From an uncultured delta proteobacterium (GTDB taxonomy: Bacteria; Desulfobacterota; Desulfobulbia; Desulfobulbales; SURF-16), in assembly GCA_963729825.1 (NCBI GenBank), contig CAVSQR010000056.1, positions 12,362 to 76,361 of the forward strand: DNA of 64,000 nt, written 5' to 3'. The stretch's first letter is position 1; the number at the start of each line of letters is the position of its first letter. The translations under genes were made by a program, and so were the position numbers. Positions 16,802-27,494 of this stretch are shown here, piece by piece. The notes below the pieces were generated by a model. It did no database searches. It saw only the letters and a program-made list of their open reading frames with translations, and was not told where the DNA came from.

Positions 16802-19537
16802 ATGACATCTTTGGTAATAGTCGAATCAGAGGCAAAGGCAAAGGCTCTCGCTGAGCAGTCCGGTGGCGCGCATGAAACATTGCTGCTGCGCTCAGCACCC
16901 ATGAAGGTCGGCCATCAGCCCAACGCCGCCAGATTATACACCGGTGAAACAGGATTTCAGTTTGTGCCCACGGAAGCGGAAAGGGGCTTTGCCAGGGACC
17001 TGCTGACCAATCTGCATAAGGATATTTATGTGGCCCTGGAGAGTGATCAGCAGGGAGAGTACTGGAGCTGGATGCTGAGCAAATTCGTTTTTGCCGCTTC
17101 CAAGGGGGAAAAAGGGATCAGGCGGGTCCATGTCTCAGGTTTTGGGGAGGAGGAGCTGGCGGAGGCATTCCGGCTGGTTGAGCCGGTGCAGGACAGTGCC
17201 GCCGCGGCATTTTATATCCGCTCCCTTTTTGACAGCAGTCTGTTACGCCATCTGCAGCGTTTGCTCGGTACCGTGCACGGTCCGGGCGGGCTGCCGCTGA
17301 ATTTTGCCGCACTCACCGCCCTTTTCCTGCTGGAAGAAAGGGAAGCGGAAGTCGATGCCTTTGCCGCTCCGGCGAAATGGCAGATTGCCGCCCGGCTGTC
17401 AACCCCGGCCGGGGCTGTCAAGGTAAGGCTGCAGGAGGCCTATGGAATAACGGATGATGGCTTTTTCCGAGATCAGGGCGAGGTGAAAAAGGCCCTGGCC
17501 CTTTTTGCCGGGCGGCCCCTGGCGGTCAAAGATGTGGCGGGGTCTGATTTTACCATGGAACCGCCCATGCCGTACCGTCTCGCCGAGTTGCTGCATGACG
17601 GTTATGTCCATCTCGGCATGGGGCCGGCAAAGGTGCTGCAGGCCCTGCAGAGGTTCCATGCCGGTCTCCCGCTTGATGGCAAACAGACCGGCCTCATTTC
17701 CGCGCCTTTTGCCGTGATCCCCTTGCACCATCAGGTCACCTTGTCCCGCATCAGAAAAGAGGTGGCAACCATTTTTGGCAGCGGGGAACTGATTGAACGG
17801 CAGCCAGCCGGCCATGTCATTCTTCCCCTGCTTCCCGGCCTTACCGGCGATCATCTGCAGGATATCCTGTCCGCCGATGAGCGGCAGCTGTATGATCTGA
17901 TCCGGCAGCGGGCCCTGGCCAGTCAGATGCCCGAGGCTGTCGGCCGCAATCTGTTGCTGGAATGTACTGCGGGCGGCTGCCTGTTCCAGGGGCGGACCCC
18001 CTTGCTGACGGAAAAGGGTTTTCTCAAGGCATTTGCCAAAGGCTATGATCCTTACCTGTTGCCGGACTGTCCCCTGCAGGATTTACAGGCCGGCCGGGAA
18101 CTCACCGTGGAGCAGGTCATCCCGGAACAGTGCACCGGCGTCACGGCGGAATACTATACCTTTGATTCTCTCTGTGAGGATCTCGCCGAGTTTTCCCTGC
18201 CCCTGGAGTCGGTTCTGATCCGTATCCTGCAGGAGATGCTTGATAAGAAATACCTTGCCCTTGATGCCAGAGGCGGCTTGCATATCGAGGGCAATACCGG
18301 CAGGGTGGTGGCCACCCTGAACCGGGCCTTCCCGGCCATGAAGGGCATCAGCCTTTCGGCCTATTTTGAGCAGACGGTGGGTGAGGTGGTCAGCGGCCGC
18401 AAATCCCTTGACTTCGCGCTGAAACAGTTTGAGCAGAACTTCGTCATGCATGGGGTGCCCCTGGTCAGAATCCAGGTACCCAGGGCAGTCCCGGTCCGGG
18501 AGAGCAAATCAAAGAACATCATTAAAAGCCTTGAGCCGGAGAGTCGCACCCCAGGGCCGACGGCGGCAGCACAGCAGGACCCGGCAGCGAAAGCTGCCGC
18601 GGAAACAGGAGCCCCGGCCATGGAAGCTGGGGAGGGGATGGTTGAATCACCCGGGCAGGCGGAGCCGATGACGGCGGATGCGGCGCTGGCTGCCGACCAG
18701 CCGCGGGAAGAGGCAGAGGATATCGCCAAGGGGGAAATCAGCGCGGCGCAGGAGATGACCGGCAATGAAGACGTCCCGGTCCGGGAGGAGGTTGCCGGGC
18801 ATGCTGATATGGCCGCTCGGGCAAACGCCGAAACCTCTGATCGCTTGAACGTTGAAGGGGAAACGGTTGCCGCGCCGGCTGTGGAAGCTGTGGCAAGCGA
18901 CATGCCGGAGATCCAGGAGGCTGCGCCGGAGACTGTTTTTGAGGAGCCGCTGCCGGCTGCGGAAGAGAGCGCGCAGAAGGTTGCCGGGCGTATGCGGGCA
19001 GATGAGGCCCTTGCTGCGCTGCCACCGGCTGAGGCCCAGCCGGGGCGATCCTGCCCGGATTGCGGCAGACCGCTCAGGTTGAAAAGTGATCGTTTCGGCA
19101 GGTACTGGGTCTGTTCGGACTATCCGGCCTGCCGTCACGCCGAATCCTGTGAGAGCGGGCCGCAGAAAATGGATCTGCCCTGTCCGCTCTGCGGAAGGCA
19201 ATCCCTTGTCGTCAAACGGACCCCCACCGGCAAAAAGCTCTATGTCTGCCCCGGAGAGGGGTGTGAATTCATGGCCTGGTCCCGGCCTCATGCCGTAACC
19301 TGTCCGGGCTGCGGTTCCCCCTTTCTGGTGGAGAAAAAGACGGCAGCGGGCGGGACGGTGCTCCTGTGTCCCCGGGCCGGCTGCAGTTACCGGCAGGCCC
19401 TTGGCGGTGAGCAGATGGAGGGCGCGGGCGCCGAAGCTGTGCAGCCTGCCAGGAAAAAGATCCTGGTGCGCCGCCCAACAGGAAGCAGCGGCGGTCCCGG
19501 CAGAAAAAAGGTGCTGGTCCGCAGGAAAAAAGGCTAG
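16802..19537 (+). CDS. Type IA DNA topoisomerase (TopA) homologue lacking the catalytic Tyr/Arg, with an acidic linker, three C4 zinc ribbons and a basic tail
   Basis: The Toprim start is MTSLVIVESEAKAKAL, with aggag 8 nt upstream. Homology runs along the whole length (ERQLYDLIRQRALASQM, PPMPYRLAELL). The position of GYITYMRTDS reads GLISAPFAVI. The zinc ribbons are CPDCGRPL..CSDYPAC, CPLCGRQS..CPGEGC and CPGCGSPF..CPRAGC. Confidence 0.75.
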   Translation: MTSLVIVESEAKAKALAEQSGGAHETLLLRSAPMKVGHQPNAARLYTGETGFQFVPTEAERGFARDLLTNLHKDIYVALESDQQGEYWSWMLSKFVFAASKGEKGIRRVHVSGFGEEELAEAFRLVEPVQDSAAAAFYIRSLFDSSLLRHLQRLLGTVHGPGGLPLNFAALTALFLLEEREAEVDAFAAPAKWQIAARLSTPAGAVKVRLQEAYGITDDGFFRDQGEVKKALALFAGRPLAVKDVAGSDFTMEPPMPYRLAELLHDGYVHLGMGPAKVLQALQRFHAGLPLDGKQTGLISAPFAVIPLHHQVTLSRIRKEVATIFGSGELIERQPAGHVILPLLPGLTGDHLQDILSADERQLYDLIRQRALASQMPEAVGRNLLLECTAGGCLFQGRTPLLTEKGFLKAFAKGYDPYLLPDCPLQDLQAGRELTVEQVIPEQCTGVTAEYYTFDSLCEDLAEFSLPLESVLIRILQEMLDKKYLALDARGGLHIEGNTGRVVATLNRAFPAMKGISLSAYFEQTVGEVVSGRKSLDFALKQFEQNFVMHGVPLVRIQVPRAVPVRESKSKNIIKSLEPESRTPGPTAAAQQDPAAKAAAETGAPAMEAGEGMVESPGQAEPMTADAALAADQPREEAEDIAKGEISAAQEMTGNEDVPVREEVAGHADMAARANAETSDRLNVEGETVAAPAVEAVASDMPEIQEAAPETVFEEPLPAAEESAQKVAGRMRADEALAALPPAEAQPGRSCPDCGRPLRLKSDRFGRYWVCSDYPACRHAESCESGPQKMDLPCPLCGRQSLVVKRTPTGKKLYVCPGEGCEFMAWSRPHAVTCPGCGSPFLVEKKTAAGGTVLLCPRAGCSYRQALGGEQMEGAGAEAVQPARKKILVRRPTGSSGGPGRKKVLVRRKKG

Positions 19538-19538
19538 T

Positions 19539-20657
19539 TCAAGCGGTCAGCAGAAAGAGGTTGCCCTTGATCCATTTGTTTTTTTCTTTGCGCAGATTGA
19601 CCCTGTGGCGGCAATACACCTTGAAATCACAGTTGTCCGCCAGGGCATTGATGTAGCTTTCGGCCTGGGCGTAACGTCCGGTGGTCTGCAGACAGTAATC
19701 CGCCGCGCATATCTCGGTGGAAAAAAGAAAAGAGGCATGACTTCGCGCCTTTTTCCTGATCAGCCCGAAAATCGGCGTGAGGTCGGCGAGATAGATGAAA
19801 ACATCGGCAGCGAGAAAGAAGTCGAATGTCTCTGTTGTGTTATCTAAAAACGAGAGAATATCATTTTCGTCCAGGGCCGCATAAACTTCCTTTTCCCGCG
19901 CCTTGGCCAGCATTTTCCCCGACAGGTCGATCCCGGTAAAATGAGTCACACAGTCTTTGAAGGCAACTCCTGATAATCCGGTCCCGCATCCCATGTCCAG
20001 GCCATGGGCAAAAAAAGTCTCTCCGGCATGATCATCCATCACCAGCCGCAGCTGGGCTGGGATGGTGCATGCCAGTCTGGTCAGCATGTCGTCGTCAAAA
20101 TGGTCGGAGAACTGGTCGAAAAGTTCCCTGGCGTAGCCCAGAGGGCAGGTGGCGGTGGTCTTGCCCTCTTGGGCCTCCAGCATATGCTGGGCTGATTCAC
20201 TGGCAGGATGCAGTTCAATTACCTTGCGATAGCTGGCCAGAGCCTGGTCTTTGCGCCCCATCTGCTGGTAGAGTCCGGCCAGATACTTGTGGGCGGAAAG
20301 ATAACAGGGGTCAAGGGCGATGACCTTTTCAAAGGAGCTGATGGCCTGCTCCGGAGCTGCCATCTCCTTGAGCAGGACGCCGAGATTATAGTGGGTGTCC
20401 GTATCATCCGGGGTGAGGGACAGCACTTTTTCATAATACCCTTTTGCCTCTTCCAGATACCCCATCTTTTTCATGGTCAGGGCCAGATTGAAAAAGATAT
20501 CGGGATCTTCGGGATTGATTGTTCCGGCCTGCAGGTAGGAGAGGGCTGCCTGGGCAAAGTTTCCTTGGGAGAAATGGCGAACACCCAGGTTGTAATGGTA
20601 GCTGGCCAGCTCGGGTGAGGGGGTGGGGACTTGCGTGAAACGGGTAAGGTCAGGCAT
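19539..20657 (-). CDS. TPR-repeat protein fused to a class I SAM-dependent methyltransferase
   Basis: The N-terminal TPR helices include YHYNLGVRHFSQGNFAQAALSYLQA. The C-terminal part has methyltransferase motif I, GLDMGCGTGLSG, and also FDFFLAADVFIYL. Confidence 0.8.
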   Translation of the reverse strand: MPDLTRFTQVPTPSPELASYHYNLGVRHFSQGNFAQAALSYLQAGTINPEDPDIFFNLALTMKKMGYLEEAKGYYEKVLSLTPDDTDTHYNLGVLLKEMAAPEQAISSFEKVIALDPCYLSAHKYLAGLYQQMGRKDQALASYRKVIELHPASESAQHMLEAQEGKTTATCPLGYARELFDQFSDHFDDDMLTRLACTIPAQLRLVMDDHAGETFFAHGLDMGCGTGLSGVAFKDCVTHFTGIDLSGKMLAKAREKEVYAALDENDILSFLDNTTETFDFFLAADVFIYLADLTPIFGLIRKKARSHASFLFSTEICAADYCLQTTGRYAQAESYINALADNCDFKVYCRHRVNLRKEKNKWIKGNLFLLTA

Positions 20658-20780
20658 TGCTTCCTCCTGTTGCCGGGAAAGCCAACCGAGCTGAAAGTGC
20701 CTGCTGGAAAGTCGTCCGGCCAGATTGCCGGTAATGGGGCGGCCTGGTTTTTACTCCCGCCGCCTTGTTTCATCTCCCTG

Positions 20781-21584
20781 CTAATGCAGGGTATCCATAT
20801 AGGCGGTGAGCTGGGCCGCCAGATCGCTGTTGTCAATCAGCAGTGAAACTTCATGGTTATAGGCCAGGGCGGAATGGCTCAGGTTGTGGCTGCCGATAAA
20901 TGAATAGCGCCGGTCAATGACCACAATCTTGGCATGGGTGGTGGTGTCCGGCGAGTCAAAGACAACAGGGATGTTGTTTTTGCGGAGTTTCCGGGCAACA
21001 CTCTCGTTTGCCTTGTTGAGGGATTCATCATAGCCGGAATTTTCCAGGACAAGCCGGACATCGACCCCTTTTTTCCGGGCGTCGATAAGCTCTTTGAGCA
21101 GTAAGGCCGGTTTGTTGCCGGGGGAGGCGGTTGCCTTGAAAAGAAACATGGTCATGTCAATGGAATGCTCAGCGGTTTTGAGGTAATCAACCAGGGTGGG
21201 GAAGTATTTCCCGTCCGGCAGGACAATGATATCGCCGGGAGCGGTGGTGATTTTTTGGTGAACAGTGACGGCGCTCGGGCTGTTTTCCAGGGTGGCGCTG
21301 CTATCAAGCGCGAGGTAGGGTTTGATCGCCTCAAGGGATTTTTCCCCGATATCGGCCACCTCGACGAGTTGGTCCAGGCTGTGGAAAGGCCCGTGGCTCC
21401 GGCGATAGGCGACAATGGCCTGGGCGCGTTTTTCCCCGATATAGGGGAGTTCCTGCAGCTGCTGCACGGATGCGGTGTTGAGGTTGATCCGGCCGGTCAG
21501 CGCTGGGGCTGTCTCCGGCCGGATGGCCAGCAGCAGAAAAATAAACAGCAGGCTGCAGATCTTTGTGGCAAAGGTGTCTTTCAT
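20781..21584 (-). CDS. Secreted ComEA-type helix-hairpin-helix plus phospholipase D/Nuc (HKD) domain protein
   Basis: The HhH region is LNTASVQQLQELPYIGEKRAQAIVAYR. The HKD motif is HAKIVVIDRRYSFIGSHNLS. I prefer the signal-peptide start MKDTFATKICSLLFIFLLLA (ATG 21584). Confidence 0.75.
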   Translation of the reverse strand: MKDTFATKICSLLFIFLLLAIRPETAPALTGRINLNTASVQQLQELPYIGEKRAQAIVAYRRSHGPFHSLDQLVEVADIGEKSLEAIKPYLALDSSATLENSPSAVTVHQKITTAPGDIIVLPDGKYFPTLVDYLKTAEHSIDMTMFLFKATASPGNKPALLLKELIDARKKGVDVRLVLENSGYDESLNKANESVARKLRKNNIPVVFDSPDTTTHAKIVVIDRRYSFIGSHNLSHSALAYNHEVSLLIDNSDLAAQLTAYMDTLH

Positions 21585-21800
21585 GTTGGGTTGAGCGGCT
21601 CTCTGATTTCCGAGTCTTTCTTTTATCACCCTATACCCGCCAGCCAAAACTCTCAACCCAAAAGGCTAAGCCGTTGTAATAAAATACTATCGCCGTCCGG
21701 TTGTCATCCGGCCCGGACCTGCACAATATGACTTGAAAAGATATCGCATTATGAGTTTAATCCGGGAAAAATTACCCCTAAAGCTACAGAAGGACGCGCC

Positions 21801-22810
21801 ATGACCAATTTAACCGCCAGGACAGTCGGCTTCAAGCCCAGGGAGCGGAATGTATTTTTTCATATCCTCACCGCCTGCAACCTCTCCTGCCGCCACTGTT
21901 ACATCAATCCGGCACAGCATGGCACCGCCACCCTCTCCCTGGAAACCATGGAGAACTGGCTGCGTCTTTTTTTGGATCCGGCCAGGGAGACCAACCTGAT
22001 TTTTTTAGGCGGCGAGCCTACCCTGCACCCGGATCTCGCCGCAGGCATCAAAACGGCCAGACAGCTGGGCTACCGGAGCGTGACCGTGGACAGCAACGGC
22101 TTTTTATTCCATGACCTGCTGGAGCACATCATCCCCGGATGAGGCGGTCATCAGCTTCAGCCTGGACGGCCCGACAGCCGAAGATCAATGATCCCATCCG
22201 CGGCCAAGGGGTGTTTGCCGTCTGCACCGCCAATATCAGCAAGGCGGTGGCCATGGGGTTTGACGTCAGCCTTATCTACACGGTGAGCCGGATGAATATC
22301 GAGCACCTGCACCTGATGCCGGCGCTGCTCAAAGACCTCGGCGTCAGACGTTTTTTTATCCAGGTCATCGGCATCAGAGGCAAGTCAGCCGGCTTCACCA
22401 GGGACAATCTGCAGCTCACCCCGGAAGAATGGCTGTCCGTGATTCCCGCGGTGGCGCAAAAAGCCGCCGCCCTGGGTATCCATGTCATTTTCCCCAAGGT
22501 CTTCCTGGCTCCAGGGGAAGAATTCGCCTGCGCCGGGCGGGTGGCGGAAAACTACTTTATCTTTCCCAACGGCCGGGTTTACCAGTGCCCTCTGTGCGAG
22601 GATTTCCCGGTGCACGCCTTTACCATCGAAGACAACCGGCTGGTCAAAAATACGGGACTGACCGAAGACCGGTTCTTCACCCTTGATATCCCCGAGGGCT
22701 GCGTGATGAACAAACTGCTGCAGCCGGGCAACATCCGCTATGATGACCAGGGAAACCCTCTTTACCGCATTTCCTGCTGTCTTTTGAAACAGGAGATGGG
22801 AAACGACTGA
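21801..22810 (+). CDS. Radical SAM protein, frameshifted (two indels within 22133-22190)
   Basis: The CxxxCxxC motif appears in FHILTACNLSCRHCYINP. ORFs 21801..22142 and 22139..22810 join through a third frame, ...IIPDEAVISFSLDGPTAE..INDPIRGQG. There is a C4 run at 22133-22136. Confidence 0.7.
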
Positions 22811-22822
22811 CGCTTTTTGCCC

Positions 22823-23563
22823 TTATTCCTTTTGCCCTGCGCCTTTTGCCTGGCGGCTGAATATCCGCATCACCAGGATGCCGGTTTCATAGAGGACGAA
22901 AAGCGGCAGGGCAAGCAGCAAGGTGGAGACCATATCTCCTGCGGCCAGCAGAAAGGCGAGAACCAGAATAGCCACGTAAAAATATTTGCGCTGCCTGGAG
23001 AAATAGGTCCGCGCTACCAGCCCGGTCTTGCCTGCGGCAACCATGAGAAACGGAATCTCAAAGGACAGGCCGAAGGCCAGCGATGCGCGGATAACAAAGG
23101 TCAGGTAGGAATCAAGTTTAGGCAGGGCCTGCAGATTGGCGCCGGCAAAACTCATTAAAAACTTGAGAGCCTGGGGCATGACGACAAAATAGGCAAAGCA
23201 GACGCCGAAACCAAAAAGCAGCGTAGCCCAGAAAACCACGGCAAGGGCGACCTTCTTTTCCTGTTTATGCAGCCCGGGAGAGATAAAGGCCCAGGCCTCA
23301 TAGAGCATGACCGGGAAGGCGGCAATCAGCCCGACCAGTATGGAAATCTTCAGATAACTGACAAAGGCTTCGGTGAGATTGGTATAGACCAGCGTGGAGA
23401 GATCGGGGCTGGCCTGAAAAAGCGGCATTACCAGGAACCTGGCAAGCTGACTGGAAAAAAAATAGGCGGCGCATGAACAGAGGGCCACCGCGGCAAAGGC
23501 GATGCTGACCCGGCGCCGCAACTCCTTGAGATGATCACCGAAATGGTCGGCCAGGGGGCTCAT
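22823..23563 (-). CDS. tatC: Twin-arginine translocase subunit TatC
   Basis: The protein is 246 aa with six predicted TM segments. The N-terminus HLKELRRRVSIAFAAVALCSCAAYFFS is typical of TatC. Confidence 0.9.
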   Translation of the reverse strand: MSPLADHFGDHLKELRRRVSIAFAAVALCSCAAYFFSSQLARFLVMPLFQASPDLSTLVYTNLTEAFVSYLKISILVGLIAAFPVMLYEAWAFISPGLHKQEKKVALAVVFWATLLFGFGVCFAYFVVMPQALKFLMSFAGANLQALPKLDSYLTFVIRASLAFGLSFEIPFLMVAAGKTGLVARTYFSRQRKYFYVAILVLAFLLAAGDMVSTLLLALPLFVLYETGILVMRIFSRQAKGAGQKE

Positions 23564-23944
23564 CAGCTCTTCTTTGCCGCCTGTGCTGCTGCCTCATCGG
23601 GCTCCGGGGCGGCAGCCTTGACCGCCTCCCGGTATACGTCCTCGCCGGGACGGGCCTCGACATCAATCACCGGATGGCCGTCTTCCATTTTTCCGGCCTC
23701 GTCCTTTTCCCCCTCGGGCAATGCGGCAACCTTGCCGTCCTTGGGCTGCCCGCCCTCCTCCGAGGCCCGTTCAGCCTCCTTCAACTCTTCTTTCAAAGAG
23801 TCTTGCAGGGCATTTGCCGTCTTTTTCAACTCCATGAGCTGTTTGGCCAGAGTTTTGGCGAGATCCGGCAATTTTTCCGGACCGACGACAATCAGGGCCA
23901 GGGCCAGGATCAAGAATAAATTCAGGGAGACCGATGCCGAACAT
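23563..23944 (-). CDS. TatA/TatB-family translocase subunit (TatB-like length), with a 5' frameshift
   Basis: ATG 23944 gives MFGIGLPE. It then needs a -1 correction at the A3 run 23918-23920 to continue LFLILALALIVVGPEKLPDLAKTLAK. The C-terminal tail is acidic. Confidence 0.75.
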
Positions 23945-24142
23945 AGCAGATGATAAGGTTAAGATTTACGCTAAAGGCGAGAATAACAAACTCAGGCACT
24001 GACTCTTTTGCCTGGAAAACATGTGGATTTCAGATGACGTCCTCTCTCCTGTTGACAAGCATGACGCCAATGCCAATCTACGGTATTTGATTTTTAGTGT
24101 CAAGCAGCTTGGCGCATTGACTTTTCGGGACTCTTTGGCTAA

Positions 24143-25498
<1,356 letters not shown>

Positions 25499-25513
25499 TG
25501 AGGCTGTACAACT

Positions 25514-25606
25514 AAAAATTCACCACTGAGAGCACAGAGCCCACAGAGTTAACTAATTGTAATAATAAAGGGTTTTTCTCTGTGATCTCTGTGTGCTCTG
25601 CGGTGG
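25514..25606. repeat. Family-2 palindromic repeat, copy 2 (inverted relative to copy 1)
   Basis: The sequence is aaaaattcaccactgagagcacagagcccacagag...ctctgtgatctctgtgtgctctgcggtgg, located between purA and the convergent lipoprotein gene. Confidence 0.8.
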
Positions 25607-25614
25607 AGAACGAC

Positions 25615-26241
25615 TTACTTCTTGGCCACGTAACGCGCCCCGGCCATGACATCGGCCATATCAACGGCAATGTGCACCAGCATGTTGTCCGCCACCGGCG
25701 CCCCGGCCGAGTCACGGACCGGCGGGGTGGAGAAGACGGAACCAAGCCGGTGGGCCAGGGAAACATCGGGATGGTCCATCTTCTGGTCCATGGCCTGCTC
25801 CATATACCAGACCGTATCACCGCTCTGCACGTCAATGACCCGTACGCTCAGCTCCACCCTGGAGCCGCCCAGACTTGTGCCGGAGAGCATATACTTGATC
25901 CGGCCGGCCAATACCAGCTCCGTACCGGCCTTACCGGCAATGGCCGTGGCCTCAGCCAGCGAGCCGTAATGGCTGTTGACCATTTTTACCGTTTGAAAGG
26001 CCTGTTTGCCCAGCAGCACATCCTGGAAAAGGGCAGCCACCCTCTCGCCCTGCCCAGCCTCCATGCCGTCCGGCACGATAAAAGGCAGCACCGCCACCGA
26101 GGCCCGGCCCAAATCCGCGGCCGCGGTCACCAGGGGATGGATATAGACCACCGGTGAACCGGTTTCAACCTCCGGCGGTGCTGGGGAATGACCGGCACAA
26201 CCGGATAAAAGCAGTAAAAAAATCATGAAATAGCGCAGCAT
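25615..26241 (-). CDS. Lipoprotein with a TolB-N/CsgG/LpoB-like fold pattern
   Basis: The lipobox is MLRYFMIFLLLLSGC. The body contains VAVLPFIVPDG...LVLAGRIKYMLSG...VELSVRVIDVQSGDTVW. Confidence 0.6.
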   Translation of the reverse strand: MLRYFMIFLLLLSGCAGHSPAPPEVETGSPVVYIHPLVTAAADLGRASVAVLPFIVPDGMEAGQGERVAALFQDVLLGKQAFQTVKMVNSHYGSLAEATAIAGKAGTELVLAGRIKYMLSGTSLGGSRVELSVRVIDVQSGDTVWYMEQAMDQKMDHPDVSLAHRLGSVFSTPPVRDSAGAPVADNMLVHIAVDMADVMAGARYVAKK

Positions 26242-26301
26242 AGCCTCTCCTCTTGGTAATTTCTGAACATCATGACCAGAGCCCCGCGGACTGGAACCAT
26301 T

Positions 26302-26898
26302 TCACCGTTCATAGGCCGACATCGGCCCGGCCGCGGCCCCTTTTCTTTCCGCCAGCAGATAGTTGATATTGGCGCTGCGCTGCAGCTCAAGGGCGCCGAC
26401 CGATAGCACATCCGACGAGCCGGCATCGATCATCCTGACATTGACGATGACCGTGGTCGGGGTGAGCGAGTACGTGCCGGCGATAATCGCCTGGGCCTCC
26501 TGCTGCTGGGCGATAAGGGAGGCGTCCCTGGTCAGGGTCAGTTCGCCGCTGTCACTTTTCACAAAGAGGCCGGGGGCCTTCCTGATCTCGGCCACGCCGA
26601 ACCCCTGCTTGAACAGGCTGGTGGAAAGCGCTTCGGTCAGGGTGCGGCCGAAGCCGGATGTTTCATAGAGGTCGTCCAGGTTGACAAAGGTGGTGAGAAT
26701 GAGCCGCTCACCGCTCTTCCTGCCGTCCTGCCGGTTGGCCACCAGCTGCCTGGCCAGGTCGTCGCCGAAACCGAAAAAATCGGGGCTGAGAACCGAGACG
26801 GTGCCGCCGCGTCTGGCGCCGGAGCACCCGGCCAGCAGCACGACGGCGGTCATGAGGACAAAAAAAACCTTCACAAGGCGGCAGGTTGTCATGTTCAT
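26302..26898 (-). CDS. FlgO-family-like outer-membrane lipoprotein
   Basis: The lipobox is VVLLAGC. The body contains LILTTFVNLDDLYETSGFGRTLTEALSTSLFKQGFGVAEIR...IIAGTYSLTPTTVIVNVRMIDAGSSDVL. Confidence 0.6.
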   Translation of the reverse strand: MNMTTCRLVKVFFVLMTAVVLLAGCSGARRGGTVSVLSPDFFGFGDDLARQLVANRQDGRKSGERLILTTFVNLDDLYETSGFGRTLTEALSTSLFKQGFGVAEIRKAPGLFVKSDSGELTLTRDASLIAQQQEAQAIIAGTYSLTPTTVIVNVRMIDAGSSDVLSVGALELQRSANINYLLAERKGAAAGPMSAYER

Positions 26899-26920
26899 CT
26901 CTTTTCCTTATTCCTGGTTA

Positions 26921-27026
26921 AAGGGCCGTTACGAAATAACCATTACCTTTCCAAACCTTTCGTTACAGCCCCTTATGCCGGTAACAGTATCCTGATGTAA
27001 CTTTATTTCTTTAACAACGGCTTAAC
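26921..27026. repeat. Family-1 repeat, copy D (diverged)
   Basis: The sequence is agggccgttacgaaat...cctttcgttacagcc...aacaacggcttaacc, within the intergenic gap of the lipoprotein operon. Confidence 0.75.
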
Positions 27027-27094
27027 CAAGGCCGCATCGCCAGGCCAGGCCGCAATAACATTCAGTGCGGCGCCAATCTGCATCCGCGCCGGGA

Positions 27095-27475
27095 TCAACG
27101 CTGCTGGCGGATGCTCTGCTCGGCGCGGTGCATGGCATCAAGGGCATCTTCATGCAATGTCTTGGAAACCGCCGAGGAGGCGGCAAGGGAGAACTGCTGC
27201 CTGGCCAGTTCATAGCGGGACTGGTCCATGTAGTCAAGCCCCAGCCCGTAGCAGCGCCAGGCATATTCGTCCAGGGCCTGCAAGCCGGCAGTTTTCCCGG
27301 GAGGCTCCTGAGAATATTCCCTGGGCGTGCACGACAGGCCCCCCGCAACCAACAGGGCCGCCATGCCCGCCAGGGCAACAAGGCCGCGTCCTTTTACCAG
27401 GAGCGACAAAACATCATAGCGCCACCCTGCCCCGTGCTCTTTTCCGGCAGTCACGCCTGCTTTTTTCCGCAACAT
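27095..27475 (-). CDS. Small putative lipoprotein (126 aa)
   Basis: I prefer ATG 27475, which has gggag upstream. The signal/lipobox-like region is LVALAGMAALLVAGGLSC. The remainder is helical: YAWRCYGLGLDYMDQSRYELARQQFSLAA. Confidence 0.5.
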   Translation of the reverse strand: MLRKKAGVTAGKEHGAGWRYDVLSLLVKGRGLVALAGMAALLVAGGLSCTPREYSQEPPGKTAGLQALDEYAWRCYGLGLDYMDQSRYELARQQFSLAASSAVSKTLHEDALDAMHRAEQSIRQQR

Positions 27476-27494
27476 CGCTTTTCTCCCGACCCGC

